A program made the position numbers and the translations under genes. From positions 1 to 24,000 of the forward strand of contig JBDKGA010000056.1 of assembly GCA_039798465.1 (NCBI GenBank): DNA of 24,000 nucleotides, read 5' to 3'. Origin of the DNA: Candidatus Parcubacteria bacterium (GTDB lineage: Bacteria > Patescibacteriota > Minisyncoccia > Phycocordibacterales > UBA2100). Shown here one piece after another: positions 6,229-14,011 of the stretch; within the stretch, counting starts at the first letter, position 1; each line of letters starts with the position of its first letter. The notes beneath the pieces are model-generated. The model saw only the letters and a list, made by a program, of their open reading frames with translations. It was not told where the DNA came from and made no database searches.

Positions 6229-8643
6229 TTACTCGATACGAGGCATTGCCTTCATTTCGCCCCAATTTTTCCCCACCGAAACTTCCGCCAAAATCGGCAC
6301 CCCAGAGAGCTTGTCCACCGGCGCAGCGCTCTCCATTGTTTCTCGAATGATGGGGGCAATGGTGTCGACAAGTGCCGCATCTACTTCATACACAAGTTCA
6401 TCGTGCACTTGGAGTAGAAGCTTTGCCTTCCCTTCCCATTTCTTTTCATGAATGAGTGCGTCGGCACGCACCATGGCGAGCTTGATGATATCGGATTGCG
6501 TCCCCTGAATTGGAGCATTTACTGCCATGCGCTCTGCTTGTGCCCGCATTTGCGGCAACTTACTCTTGAGTGCAGGAAAATGTCGACGACGCCCAAATAG
6601 TGTCTCGGTGTAGCCAAGTTTTGTTGCCTCCTGCTTCACCTGCTCAATATATGTGGCGAGCCCACTGAAACGGGCAAAGTAGTTCTCGAGAAACTCCGCA
6701 GCCTCTTCGCGCGAAACACCTGCACCCAAATTTGCACGCAAGGCATTAACGCCCATGCCGTACAGAATGCCAAAGTTGATGACCTTGGCGCGGCGACGCA
6801 TTTCTTTGTCTACTGCCTCTCTCGGTACACCAAACACCTGAGCGGCAACGGTCGCATGAATGTCGTCACCATTTTTAAATGCAGCCACCAGCTTTTCGTC
6901 ACCCGAGAGGCCCGCGGCAATACGGAGCTCAATCTGAGAGTAGTCTATTGCGACGAGTACGGTGCCCGCAGGAGCCACAAATGCATTGCGAATACGGCGG
7001 CCGTATTCTGTTTTAGTGGGAATATTTTGCAAATTTGGATTTTCACATCCCATGCGTCCCGTCACCGTGCCTGTCTGTAAAAACGTTGCGCGCAAACGAC
7101 CGCCGGCTCCGACTGCATCGGGCAATTTTTCGACATAGGTACCGAGGAGCTTCGAAAGTTCGCGATAGGCAAGCACCTCGGCAATTATCGGGTGCTCGTC
7201 GGATAGTTTTTCGAGCTCATCTTCGCGCGTAGTACGTGCGCCCGTTGCTGTCTTTTTTTGTTTTGTCCCCTCTCCTATTTTGAGTTCATCGTACAGCACT
7301 TCGCCAAGCTGCTTGGGAGAATTGATATTGAATTCGCGACCGGCATGGCGATACACACGTGCCGCTATGCCATCGAGCTCTTTGCGATATTCGCGCTCGA
7401 GAGTCTTAAGATACGCTGTATCGACCGCAATACCGGTGGCGTTCATGGTACGCACCACCGGCAAGAGTGGCTTTTCTATCGTCTCAAACACCTCCTGCAA
7501 TCGGCCAGTTGTTTTTAGATCGGAGAAAATTTTCTCGCGCGCACGCGCAAATTCTTCGGTGCCTGAGTACGCAGTAATTTCTTCGAGACCAGGGACCGTG
7601 TAATCACTCTTGAGAAGCCAGAGTGCAAGCGATGTTTCTTCGAGTTGTATTGGGTCTACCTCTACTTTTGCCACCTCAAAAAGTGCTGCTGTTCCATTGT
7701 CTGTGTGTTTGTCTTGTTTCTTATTGCCCTGTTTCTGCACAAGGCCGCGCGCACGCTCTTTGAGGGATTTAAATTCGAGCCCATCACACAATGTTTCTAT
7801 GGTGCCCAGGTGATCTACTAGTCGCCACGGATGATCGGGGAGCTCAAACACAACAGGTGCGGCCTGATGAATGGTCGCCAACTGTTTTGAAAAAAATGCA
7901 TCTTCTTTCCCTGTTTTCAAAAGCTCAAGCATGCGCGGCTTTACTTCCTTGGCAAACGCCGCCTCGTGTTTTTCGATAGCTTCGTAGATATCTTCTATCG
8001 AGCCAAACTTTTCGATGAGTTCAGTGGCTCCTTTTTCGCCAATTCCTTTTATACCCTTGATGTTGTCCGAAGGGTCGCCGCGCAAGGCCTTGTAGTCCAC
8101 TATGTGCTCGGGCCCAAAGCCGTAGCGCTCGTGGACTCGGTCGGTGTCATAGATGATAGTGTCGTTGATACCTTTGCGTAAAGTAAAGACCGAGACCTGT
8201 TCGTTTACCAGCTGAAGCGTATCCATGTCCCCTGTTGCAATGATTATCTCTACATCGGGTCGACTCTCCCCTTGCTTGACCAGTGTCCCAATCACATCAT
8301 CTGCTTCAAACCCCGGTGCCGAGAGCACAGGAATACCAAACGCAGTAAAAACTTCGGGAGCTTTTTGAAGCTGTGCGATGAGCGCATCGTCGGCCTCTGC
8401 GCGAGTGCCCTTGTATTCTGTATATATCTCGTGTCGATGGGTTTTACCCGGCAAATCACGCGCGGCGATGATGTAGTCTGGCTTCAATTCTTCCGAGAGG
8501 CGCAATAGCATCGAAGCGAGTCCGTACAATGCTCCCGTGGGCTCTCCCGTGCTCGACGAAAAGTCGGGTAGCGCGTGATATGCGCGATGAATAATCGCGT
8601 GAGAGTCGAGGAGCACAAGACGTTTTTTAGGAGTCGCTGCCAT
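6229..8643 (-). CDS. polA: DNA polymerase I (5'-nuclease + polymerase domains)
   Basis: 5'-nuclease N-terminus: KKRLVLLDSHAIIHRAYHALP. Pol motif A DYSQIELRIAA, motif B RRRAKVINFGILYGMG, motif C LLQVHDELVYE. I prefer the ATG at 8643; a GTG at 8670 is the alternative. Either start overlaps the tsaE 3' end. Confidence 0.95.
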   Translation of the reverse strand: MAATPKKRLVLLDSHAIIHRAYHALPDFSSSTGEPTGALYGLASMLLRLSEELKPDYIIAARDLPGKTHRHEIYTEYKGTRAEADDALIAQLQKAPEVFTAFGIPVLSAPGFEADDVIGTLVKQGESRPDVEIIIATGDMDTLQLVNEQVSVFTLRKGINDTIIYDTDRVHERYGFGPEHIVDYKALRGDPSDNIKGIKGIGEKGATELIEKFGSIEDIYEAIEKHEAAFAKEVKPRMLELLKTGKEDAFFSKQLATIHQAAPVVFELPDHPWRLVDHLGTIETLCDGLEFKSLKERARGLVQKQGNKKQDKHTDNGTAALFEVAKVEVDPIQLEETSLALWLLKSDYTVPGLEEITAYSGTEEFARAREKIFSDLKTTGRLQEVFETIEKPLLPVVRTMNATGIAVDTAYLKTLEREYRKELDGIAARVYRHAGREFNINSPKQLGEVLYDELKIGEGTKQKKTATGARTTREDELEKLSDEHPIIAEVLAYRELSKLLGTYVEKLPDAVGAGGRLRATFLQTGTVTGRMGCENPNLQNIPTKTEYGRRIRNAFVAPAGTVLVAIDYSQIELRIAAGLSGDEKLVAAFKNGDDIHATVAAQVFGVPREAVDKEMRRRAKVINFGILYGMGVNALRANLGAGVSREEAAEFLENYFARFSGLATYIEQVKQEATKLGYTETLFGRRRHFPALKSKLPQMRAQAERMAVNAPIQGTQSDIIKLAMVRADALIHEKKWEGKAKLLLQVHDELVYEVDAALVDTIAPIIRETMESAAPVDKLSGVPILAEVSVGKNWGEMKAMPRIE

Positions 8644-9106
8644 AGGTGATGCGACGGGTATCGCCGTCACCTCCTAGTGTAACCTTTTGCGCCCATTCGG
8701 GCACGGCTCCCAGAACCTGCTCTGGCCACTCCATAAAAATGAGATTGCGAGGGTCAGCAATGAGCTCTCCCCAGCCCAGCATCTCGAGCTCGCCCGCATG
8801 CTTCAATCGATATGCATCTATATGTATGAAGCGCGCAAAACCAGACTGAGCGGGAGCGGGTAATTCAAAAATCTGCATGATAATAAACGTAGGGCTGCGT
8901 ACCGGCTCCTGAATACCGAGCGCTCGCGCAACCGCTTGAACAAACGTGGTCTTCCCCACGCCCAGGTCTCCAGAGAGGACTACCATCACCGAATGGTCGG
9001 CACATGGCATAAGCTTGCGTGCAAAACGCGTCACTTCTACATTAAATTCATTAAGTGAGTGTGTCTCCGATACCATACAGCTGCATTGTTTCGCAGTATT
9101 GCCCAT
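8627..9106 (-). CDS. tsaE: tRNA t6A37 biosynthesis ATPase TsaE
   Basis: P-loop VVLSGDLGVGKTTFVQAVARALGI, then SPTFIIMQ and HIDAYRL. The start is uncertain: ATG at 9106, or ATG at 9076 (MVSETHS...). Confidence 0.85.
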   Translation of the reverse strand: MGNTAKQCSCMVSETHSLNEFNVEVTRFARKLMPCADHSVMVVLSGDLGVGKTTFVQAVARALGIQEPVRSPTFIIMQIFELPAPAQSGFARFIHIDAYRLKHAGELEMLGWGELIADPRNLIFMEWPEQVLGAVPEWAQKVTLGGDGDTRRITYGSDS

Positions 9107-9163
9107 GCTAGCATCGGCGACAGCTGTGCACCATCAGAAATACAGTCTGAGGAGGCCTACTGA

Positions 9164-9343
9164 ATGTTCTTTCCGCCAAAGGTTAGGAGTGTCCCGCCTG
9201 ATGAGTGGGACAAAAAAGAAGCTCGGTTTATGAGTATTTTATTTTGGACAGTTATTCCATTGAGTATCGGTGGTGCGGTACTTACACTCGCTACCGTGCT
9301 ATGGTTTCTCATCCACCCCCCTCACGGAATATTCGTTCCCTGA
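9164..9343 (+). CDS. Small membrane protein, 59 aa (below the ORF-track cutoff)
   Basis: Translated by hand: MFFPPKVRSVPPDEWDKKEARFMSILFWTVIPLSIGGAVLTLATVLWFLIHPPHGIFVP*. A strong SD, GAGGAGG (9149-9155), lies 8 nt before the ATG. It has one clear TM helix. An intrinsic terminator follows immediately. Confidence 0.55.
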   Translation: MFFPPKVRSVPPDEWDKKEARFMSILFWTVIPLSIGGAVLTLATVLWFLIHPPHGIFVP

Positions 9344-9348
9344 AGCAC

Positions 9349-9385
9349 GCCCCTCGCGGTACACACTGCGAGGGGCTATCTTTTT
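9349..9385 (+). terminator. Rho-independent terminator
   Basis: GCCCCTCGC (9349-9357) / GCGAGGGGC (9368-9376) form a 9-bp GC-rich stem with a 10-nt loop, followed by TATCTTTTT. Confidence 0.7.
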
Positions 9386-9389
9386 ACGA

Positions 9390-9395
9390 TACAAT
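9390..9395 (+). promoter_or_regulatory. -10 hexamer TACAAT, 6 nt upstream of the pilB ATG
   Basis: TACAAT-acacgc-ATG(9402). No SD. It sits directly after the upstream terminator. Confidence 0.5.
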
Positions 9396-9401
9396 ACACG
9401 C

Positions 9402-11096
9402 ATGACACAGTTCGATGAGAAAAAACAAACCGAGCGCCTCGAGGAGCTGCGGCGCCGCGAAGAAGAACAACTCGCCGAAGTGTTATCACAAAAATACGGC
9501 GTCGAGTATGCCGACCTGACAAGCAAATCAATAGACACCGATGCCCTGCGACTCATAGCAGATGCAAAAGCGCGCGAAACAGAAACCGCCGCATTTCGTC
9601 GCGTGAATAAAATTATATTTCTTGCTATGCGAGCGCCCGAGCGCCCGGATTCCCTGCAGGTAGTGGCAGATATCGAGCGACTCGGATACCAGGTGCGTCG
9701 CGTCATGGTCTCTCGCGCAAGTCTCGAACACGCATGGGATCGCTACCACGACATCTCGTACGCAACAGAAACAGAGGCCGGTATCCTCACGCTTTCAAAT
9801 GACACCATCATGGAAATGATGCAGCGTCTCAAAAAAATTCCTGACATAAAGATTGAGATAGCGGGACACACTGGCTCAAAAGACGCACACCGCATATCTC
9901 GCGTACTCGAAATCCTCATGGCAGGAGCGCTTTCGGTACATGCGTCCGATATTCACTTGGAGCCCGAAGACACCGGCGTGCGCATGCGGTATCGCCTCGA
10001 TGGTGTACTCACCGAGGTTACTGTATTCGATGCGCCCACCTATGCGCTCATTTCGAGTCGCATCAAGCTTCTCTCTGGACTCAAGCTCAATATAAAAAAC
10101 GCCGCACAAGACGGGCGCTTTTCGATTGTAGTAAACGAAAAAGAGATAGAGATACGTACTTCTATTCTCCCGGGCGCATACGCTGAAACTATTGTGATGC
10201 GTATTTTGGATCCGGGGAGCATTAGTGTTGGTCTCGAGCAGCTCGGCTTCGACAAATACCTCATGGAGATATTCAAACGCGAAATCGCCAAGCCGAATGG
10301 CATGATTTTGAACACCGGCCCCACCGGAAGCGGTAAAACGACGACACTCTATGCGTTCTTACGCGAAGTGAGTGAGCCGGGCATCAAAATAATCACGATT
10401 GAAGACCCTATCGAATATCACCTCTCTGGTATCGTACAAACACAGGTATCAAAAGATTATACCTTTGCACTTGGTTTGCGTAGCACCTTGCGTCAGGATC
10501 CCGACATCATCATGGTGGGTGAAATCCGCGACAGCGAAGTCGCCTCGACCGCCGTGCACGCGGCACTCACCGGTCACCTCGTGTTTTCTACACTGCACAC
10601 CAACGACGCCGCTGGCACCTTCCCCCGCTTGGTAGATATGGGAGTATCGGCAGATATTTTGGGTGCTTCGCTCACTGTCGCCATGGCCCAGCGCCTCGTA
10701 CGCCGCCTGTGTCCGCACTGCCGCGAAGCCACGCCGATTACCGGCACAGCTCGTACCACCATGGATTCCCTACTCAAAAATATTCCTCACGCTGATGAGC
10801 TCCCGGCAAATCGCGACACCATGTGGCAAGCCAAGGGCTGTGATAAGTGTGGCGGTATTGGGTACAAGGGTCGCATTGGTATCGTCGAAGTTATTCTGAT
10901 GGATAAAATTATTGAAGACGCCGTACGTCGCACCTCGAGTGAACACGAAATATGGAAGGCCGCCAAACATCAAAACATCCGCCGTATGGCGCAAGACGGC
11001 GCAGTAAAAGTTCTCAATGGGGTGACCTCACTCGACGAGCTCGGACGCGTTGTGAATCTTGAAGACGAAACAATGCTCGCACAATTTGCGGAGTAG
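9402..11096 (+). CDS. pilB: Type IV pilus / type II secretion assembly ATPase (GspE/PilB family)
   Basis: N-terminal T2SSE_N-like region (LAEVLSQKYGVEYADL). Walker A GPTGSGKTTT, Walker B DPDIIMVGEIRD, His box TGHLVFSTLHTN, tetra-Cys CPHC...CDKCGGIGYKGR. The start is moved to the ATG at 9402; the 44 upstream codons of the ORF-track model are not protein-like. Confidence 0.93.
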   Translation: MTQFDEKKQTERLEELRRREEEQLAEVLSQKYGVEYADLTSKSIDTDALRLIADAKARETETAAFRRVNKIIFLAMRAPERPDSLQVVADIERLGYQVRRVMVSRASLEHAWDRYHDISYATETEAGILTLSNDTIMEMMQRLKKIPDIKIEIAGHTGSKDAHRISRVLEILMAGALSVHASDIHLEPEDTGVRMRYRLDGVLTEVTVFDAPTYALISSRIKLLSGLKLNIKNAAQDGRFSIVVNEKEIEIRTSILPGAYAETIVMRILDPGSISVGLEQLGFDKYLMEIFKREIAKPNGMILNTGPTGSGKTTTLYAFLREVSEPGIKIITIEDPIEYHLSGIVQTQVSKDYTFALGLRSTLRQDPDIIMVGEIRDSEVASTAVHAALTGHLVFSTLHTNDAAGTFPRLVDMGVSADILGASLTVAMAQRLVRRLCPHCREATPITGTARTTMDSLLKNIPHADELPANRDTMWQAKGCDKCGGIGYKGRIGIVEVILMDKIIEDAVRRTSSEHEIWKAAKHQNIRRMAQDGAVKVLNGVTSLDELGRVVNLEDETMLAQFAE

Positions 11097-11121
11097 AAAA
11101 ATCAAGTGCCTTCTTTTTACA

Positions 11122-11440
11122 CCACACTCCCGCGTTGCACGCAGCGCCTAGAGTGATAGTGTGGGCATAGAAAACAGAAACACCCGCGCAAGCGGGTGTT
11201 TCTGAGAAAATTCGGAGATGCACACTATCGGGCGATGCTTTCAGGGTATGAAAGGTGCAACGAGGTTCTAAGGATAGAGCGAGCCAAAACTTGCTCGTCC
11301 TCGAAAGAGTCACCATCGCCCGATGCTATGCGCCTCCGAAATACTGGCAGAGAAAAAGCGGCCCAGAAAGCCGCTACTAAAAGTAGTGTATCATATCTAT
11401 TGGTTTTGTCAACACGTCCCCACCCCGGGGCTTGTAGTAC
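11122..11440 (+). ncRNA. Candidate structured RNA filling the pilB-ruvB gap (identity unresolved; reduced RNase P RNA is one hypothesis)
   Basis: GCAA-capped 11-bp hairpin at 11177-11202. Long-range helix 11227-11237/11314-11324 (11 bp), extended by CGGAG/CTCCG (11213-17/11334-38). It encloses hairpins at 11238-11254 and 11279-11298 and a GAAA-capped stem at 11300-11309. A further hairpin lies at 11357-11375. No convincing ORF. Confidence 0.4.
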
Positions 11441-11443
11441 TAT
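11438..11443 (+). promoter_or_regulatory. -10 hexamer TACTAT, 6 nt upstream of the ruvB ATG
   Basis: TACTAT-tcgagg-ATG(11450). Confidence 0.45.
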
Positions 11444-11449
11444 TCGAGG

Positions 11450-12460
11450 ATGAGTACTGATGCGGTAGCTACCGAAAAAGGGGGGCGTAATCTCGACCAG
11501 GCCCTCCGGCCTGTGGATTGGGCCGAATATGTGGGACAACCAACCATAAAAGAGAACCTCCGCATACTCTTGCAGGCCGCCAAGGGTCGCAAACACCAAC
11601 CCGAGCATATTCTTTTTTATGGCCCACCGGGCTTGGGCAAAACCACGCTCTCGCACCTCGTAGCAAAAGAAATAAACGCATCACTCCGCACCACATCTGG
11701 CCCCGCCATAGAGCGCGTGGGCGACCTCGCAAGCATACTCACCAATCTCTCCCCCGGTGACGTTCTTTTTATTGATGAAATTCACCGCCTCAATCGCACT
11801 ATCGAAGAAGTGCTCTACCCCGCCATGGAAGCCGGTATGCTCGATATTGTTATCGGCAAAGGACCTTCCGCGCGCACCGTGCAACTCGAACTCCCCCCGT
11901 TCACGCTCGTAGCAGCCACAACACGTATCTCGATGCTTTCTGCACCACTGCGCAGTCGTTTCTCTGGCGGCACGTTTCGTTTGCAGTACTACACCGAGAG
12001 TGAAATAGTCGAGATACTTCGCCGCTCTGCAAAAATTCTCGAGATAGCAATAGACGAGGAATCTCTCCGCGAGATAGCTCGCCGTGCACGAGCCACCCCA
12101 CGCACTGCAAACTACCTGCTCAAACGTGCGCGTGATTTTGCCGAAGTAACCAACGAGCCGCTTACCATAAAAACGGTGCGCAACGCGCTCGCACTTTTGG
12201 AAATAGACGAGGCAGGACTCAATCAGATAGATCGCGACCTATTGAATGTGATTATCGAAAAGTTTAACGGTGGGCCGGTGGGTCTCAAGACCATCGCGGC
12301 GGCACTATCCGAAGAAGAAGCGACTATCGAAGAAGTAAACGAGCCGTACTTACTGCAAATCGGATTCCTCGAGCGCACACCACGTGGCCGCACCGTAACA
12401 AAGAAGGGATACGAACACGTAGGAGCAAAAATGCCGCAACAACAAGAAAAGCTGCTCTAG
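11450..12460 (+). CDS. ruvB: Holliday junction branch-migration ATPase RuvB
   Basis: Motifs LRPVDWAEYVGQ, Walker A GPPGLGKTTL, Walker B LFIDEIHRL, sensor TLVAATTR, and ARATPRTANYLLKRARDFA. Confidence 0.96.
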   Translation: MSTDAVATEKGGRNLDQALRPVDWAEYVGQPTIKENLRILLQAAKGRKHQPEHILFYGPPGLGKTTLSHLVAKEINASLRTTSGPAIERVGDLASILTNLSPGDVLFIDEIHRLNRTIEEVLYPAMEAGMLDIVIGKGPSARTVQLELPPFTLVAATTRISMLSAPLRSRFSGGTFRLQYYTESEIVEILRRSAKILEIAIDEESLREIARRARATPRTANYLLKRARDFAEVTNEPLTIKTVRNALALLEIDEAGLNQIDRDLLNVIIEKFNGGPVGLKTIAAALSEEEATIEEVNEPYLLQIGFLERTPRGRTVTKKGYEHVGAKMPQQQEKLL

Positions 12461-13014
12461 TTGCCACTCTGCCACCTCTCGATAAACTCAAAATGGTGCG
12501 CAAAATTTAAAATATTGAGCGAAAGATTATCTCGGATAGACCACCCAACCCACACCTCGAAAAAGAGGACTATGCCAATCGTGGCGGCGACTGGCAAGCG
12601 CCACGCCACCAAAAAGCCAAACATCATCGCGAACGTGTCGGAGAGAGAATTAATAACACTGTCCCCCGAATACCCCTGTGCCAAGGCCTGCTCGCGGTAG
12701 GCATTGATAACCATTGGCGTGTTTTCGAGTATCTCCCACCCTATTTCAATCATCATCGCAAACAGTAATCGCTGCGCGATAGAAGAGCGCGGAAACAGCC
12801 ACCATAGAAACGCATAGAAAATAAATCCATGAATGATATGCGAAAAGGTGTACCAATCGGAGAGGTGTTGCGAATTGCCCGAGCTCTGCACCACGCCTTC
12901 CCAAAATTTAACGGTGCCATCTGCCGCAGTGAGTGGCTGGCCAAACACCCACAGCACAAGTGCCTGCAGTGCGAGTAGACCAAATACACTCACAAAAAAC
13001 ACCTTTTTGCTCAT
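12457..13014 (-). CDS. DUF2585 / UPF0314-family integral membrane protein
   Basis: GQPLTAADGTVKFWEGVVQSSGNSQHLSDWYTFSHIIHGFIFY and EIGWEILENTP ... GDSVINSLSD ... IRDNLSLN match my recollection of the UPF0314 family signature. I prefer the ATG at 13014 (MSKKVFF...). Confidence 0.65.
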   Translation of the reverse strand: MSKKVFFVSVFGLLALQALVLWVFGQPLTAADGTVKFWEGVVQSSGNSQHLSDWYTFSHIIHGFIFYAFLWWLFPRSSIAQRLLFAMMIEIGWEILENTPMVINAYREQALAQGYSGDSVINSLSDTFAMMFGFLVAWRLPVAATIGIVLFFEVWVGWSIRDNLSLNILNFAHHFEFIERWQSGN

Positions 13015-13021
13015 GGTAATC

Positions 13022-13030
13022 ATTGTCTCA
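13022..13030 (-). promoter_or_regulatory. Extended -10 (TGaGACAAT on the minus strand), 7 nt upstream of the DUF2585 ATG at 13014
   Basis: The reverse complement of 13015-13030 reads TGaGACAAT-gattacc-ATG. Confidence 0.45.
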
Positions 13031-13052
13031 CGGGTGTATATTTTCTCCACCT

Positions 13053-13583
13053 ATGGGAGGACATAATAAATGGTCTCAAATAAAGAGGCAGAAGGGTGCC
13101 AACGACTCCGCCAAATCAAAGGTGTGGGCCAAACTTTCGCGCCGCCTCACCGTAGAGAGCAAAAAAGCAGGTGGTGATGCAAATGCCGTGCCAGTGCGCT
13201 CTGTGGTGGAGATAGCCAAGCGCGAAAACATGCCAAAAGACGCAATCGAGCGCGCTATAGCAAAAGGAGCAGGCGCAGACGCGGGAGATTTGGAGGCGAT
13301 TACCTATGAAGCATACGGGCCTGGCGGAGCAGCGATTATCATCGAAACACTCACCGACAGTCGCAATCGCACCGCAGCAGAAATAAAGCACCTCTTATCC
13401 AAAAACGATATTGCACTAGCCTCCCCCGGCTCAGCGTCCTGGGCATTTACCAAAACACTCGACGGATACGAGCCCAAAGCCACCGTCGAACTCTCGGAAG
13501 GAGATAACGCCCGACTCATAGAAATTCTCGAAGAAATAGATGCGCACGACGACGTGGAGAGCGTGTACACCAATGCCGCCTAA
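13053..13583 (+). CDS. yebC: YebC/PmpR-family protein (short form)
   Basis: Starts MGGHNKWSQIKRQKG (the family hallmark is MaGHsKWanIkh). Also has ENMPKDAIERAI and YEAYGPGGAAIIIETLTDSRNRTAAEI. It is 176 aa versus ~240 typical. TATATT/TATTTT boxes lie at 13037-13044, 8-10 nt upstream. Confidence 0.88.
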   Translation: MGGHNKWSQIKRQKGANDSAKSKVWAKLSRRLTVESKKAGGDANAVPVRSVVEIAKRENMPKDAIERAIAKGAGADAGDLEAITYEAYGPGGAAIIIETLTDSRNRTAAEIKHLLSKNDIALASPGSASWAFTKTLDGYEPKATVELSEGDNARLIEILEEIDAHDDVESVYTNAA

Positions 13584-13588
13584 AAGGG

Positions 13589-13597
13589 TTATCCACA
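13589..13597 (+). promoter_or_regulatory. Perfect DnaA-box 9-mer TTATCCACA
   Basis: Exact consensus, located 5 nt upstream of a TAATTT -10-like hexamer (13602-13607). It could occur by chance: about 0.2 are expected per window. Confidence 0.3.
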
Positions 13598-13703
13598 GCC
13601 ATAATTTGGGTCCTTTACAGAACCCTCTAAGAGGAGTACAAAGGAACCTGGAGTGTCGTTCTTTGAGATGCTCCGTCATGGATGCTCAGAAAGGAGACTG
13701 ACC

Positions 13704-13910
13704 ATGATTGAATTAGTGTTCGCAGTGTGCATGATTGACCAGCCGGCTCGCTGTAAAGACGTGCACCTCAACTTCGAAAAAGCAGGTGTTACTCAGCGTG
13801 AATGCTTTATGAACGGCCAATTTGCGATGGCGCAGTGGGCCGGCGAAAACCCAAATTGGGTTATCAAAAACTGGAACTGTGACATCGCCGGTCAATCGGC
13901 AAAACTGTAA
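13704..13910 (+). CDS. Small 4-Cys protein, 68 aa, unknown function
   Basis: MIELVFAVCMIDQPARCKDVHLNFEKAGVTQRECFMNGQFAMAQWAGENPNWVIKNWNCDIAGQSAKL. The SD AAAGGAG (13690-13696) lies 7 nt before the ATG at 13704. The GTG at 13653 used by the ORF track has no such support. Confidence 0.6.
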   Translation: MIELVFAVCMIDQPARCKDVHLNFEKAGVTQRECFMNGQFAMAQWAGENPNWVIKNWNCDIAGQSAKL

Positions 13911-13958
13911 AATAAAAAGGAGGAACGACCATGAGGGATCGTTCGCAAAAAGACACCT

Positions 13959-13990
13959 GAGGGCGGCACACGAAACCACGTGCCGCCCTC
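13959..13990 (+). terminator. Perfect 11-bp GC-rich hairpin (GAGGGCGGCAC / GTGCCGCCCTC), terminator-like
   Basis: 10-nt loop. A weak T-tract follows (ctcgcTTTGT). It lies just upstream of the ruvC promoter. Confidence 0.55.
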
Positions 13991-14002
13991 CTCGCTTTGT
14001 AA

Positions 14003-14011
14003 TGCTAGACT
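14003..14011 (+). promoter_or_regulatory. Extended -10 (TGcTAGACT), 6 nt upstream of the ruvC ATG
   Basis: TGcTAGACT-cactat-ATG(14018). No SD. Confidence 0.5.

Noticed and set aside
9191-9211. CUGAUGAG motif (9198-9205) inside a GTCCC/GGGAC hairpin, which looked like a hammerhead ribozyme core
   Set aside because: There is no stem II followed by GAAA and no cleavage-site helix. The motif lies inside the 59-aa ORF (codons PPDEWD), so it is a chance match.
11097-11449. tmRNA, SRP RNA or 6S RNA as the identity of the structured gap
   Set aside because: There is no tRNA-like 3' end (GGUUCGAAUCC...CCA) for tmRNA and no GGAAGCAGC/GNAR helix-8 motif for SRP RNA. The fold is multi-branched rather than the long bulged rod of 6S RNA. 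RNase P RNA is kept only as a weak hypothesis because CR-I is missing.
11196-11656. 85-aa plus-strand and 143-aa minus-strand ORFs across the pilB-ruvB gap
   Set aside because: Composition is not protein-like. They overlap the ruvB start and the strong helices. A 17-codon ORF starting at 11218 exists (MHTIGRCFQGMKGATRF), but I treat it as incidental to the structured element.
13931-13960. Annotating the 9-codon ORF (MRDRSQKDT) as a real gene
   Set aside because: The SD and spacing are perfect, but nine codons cannot be supported from sequence alone. I report it as an observation in the findings, not as a feature.
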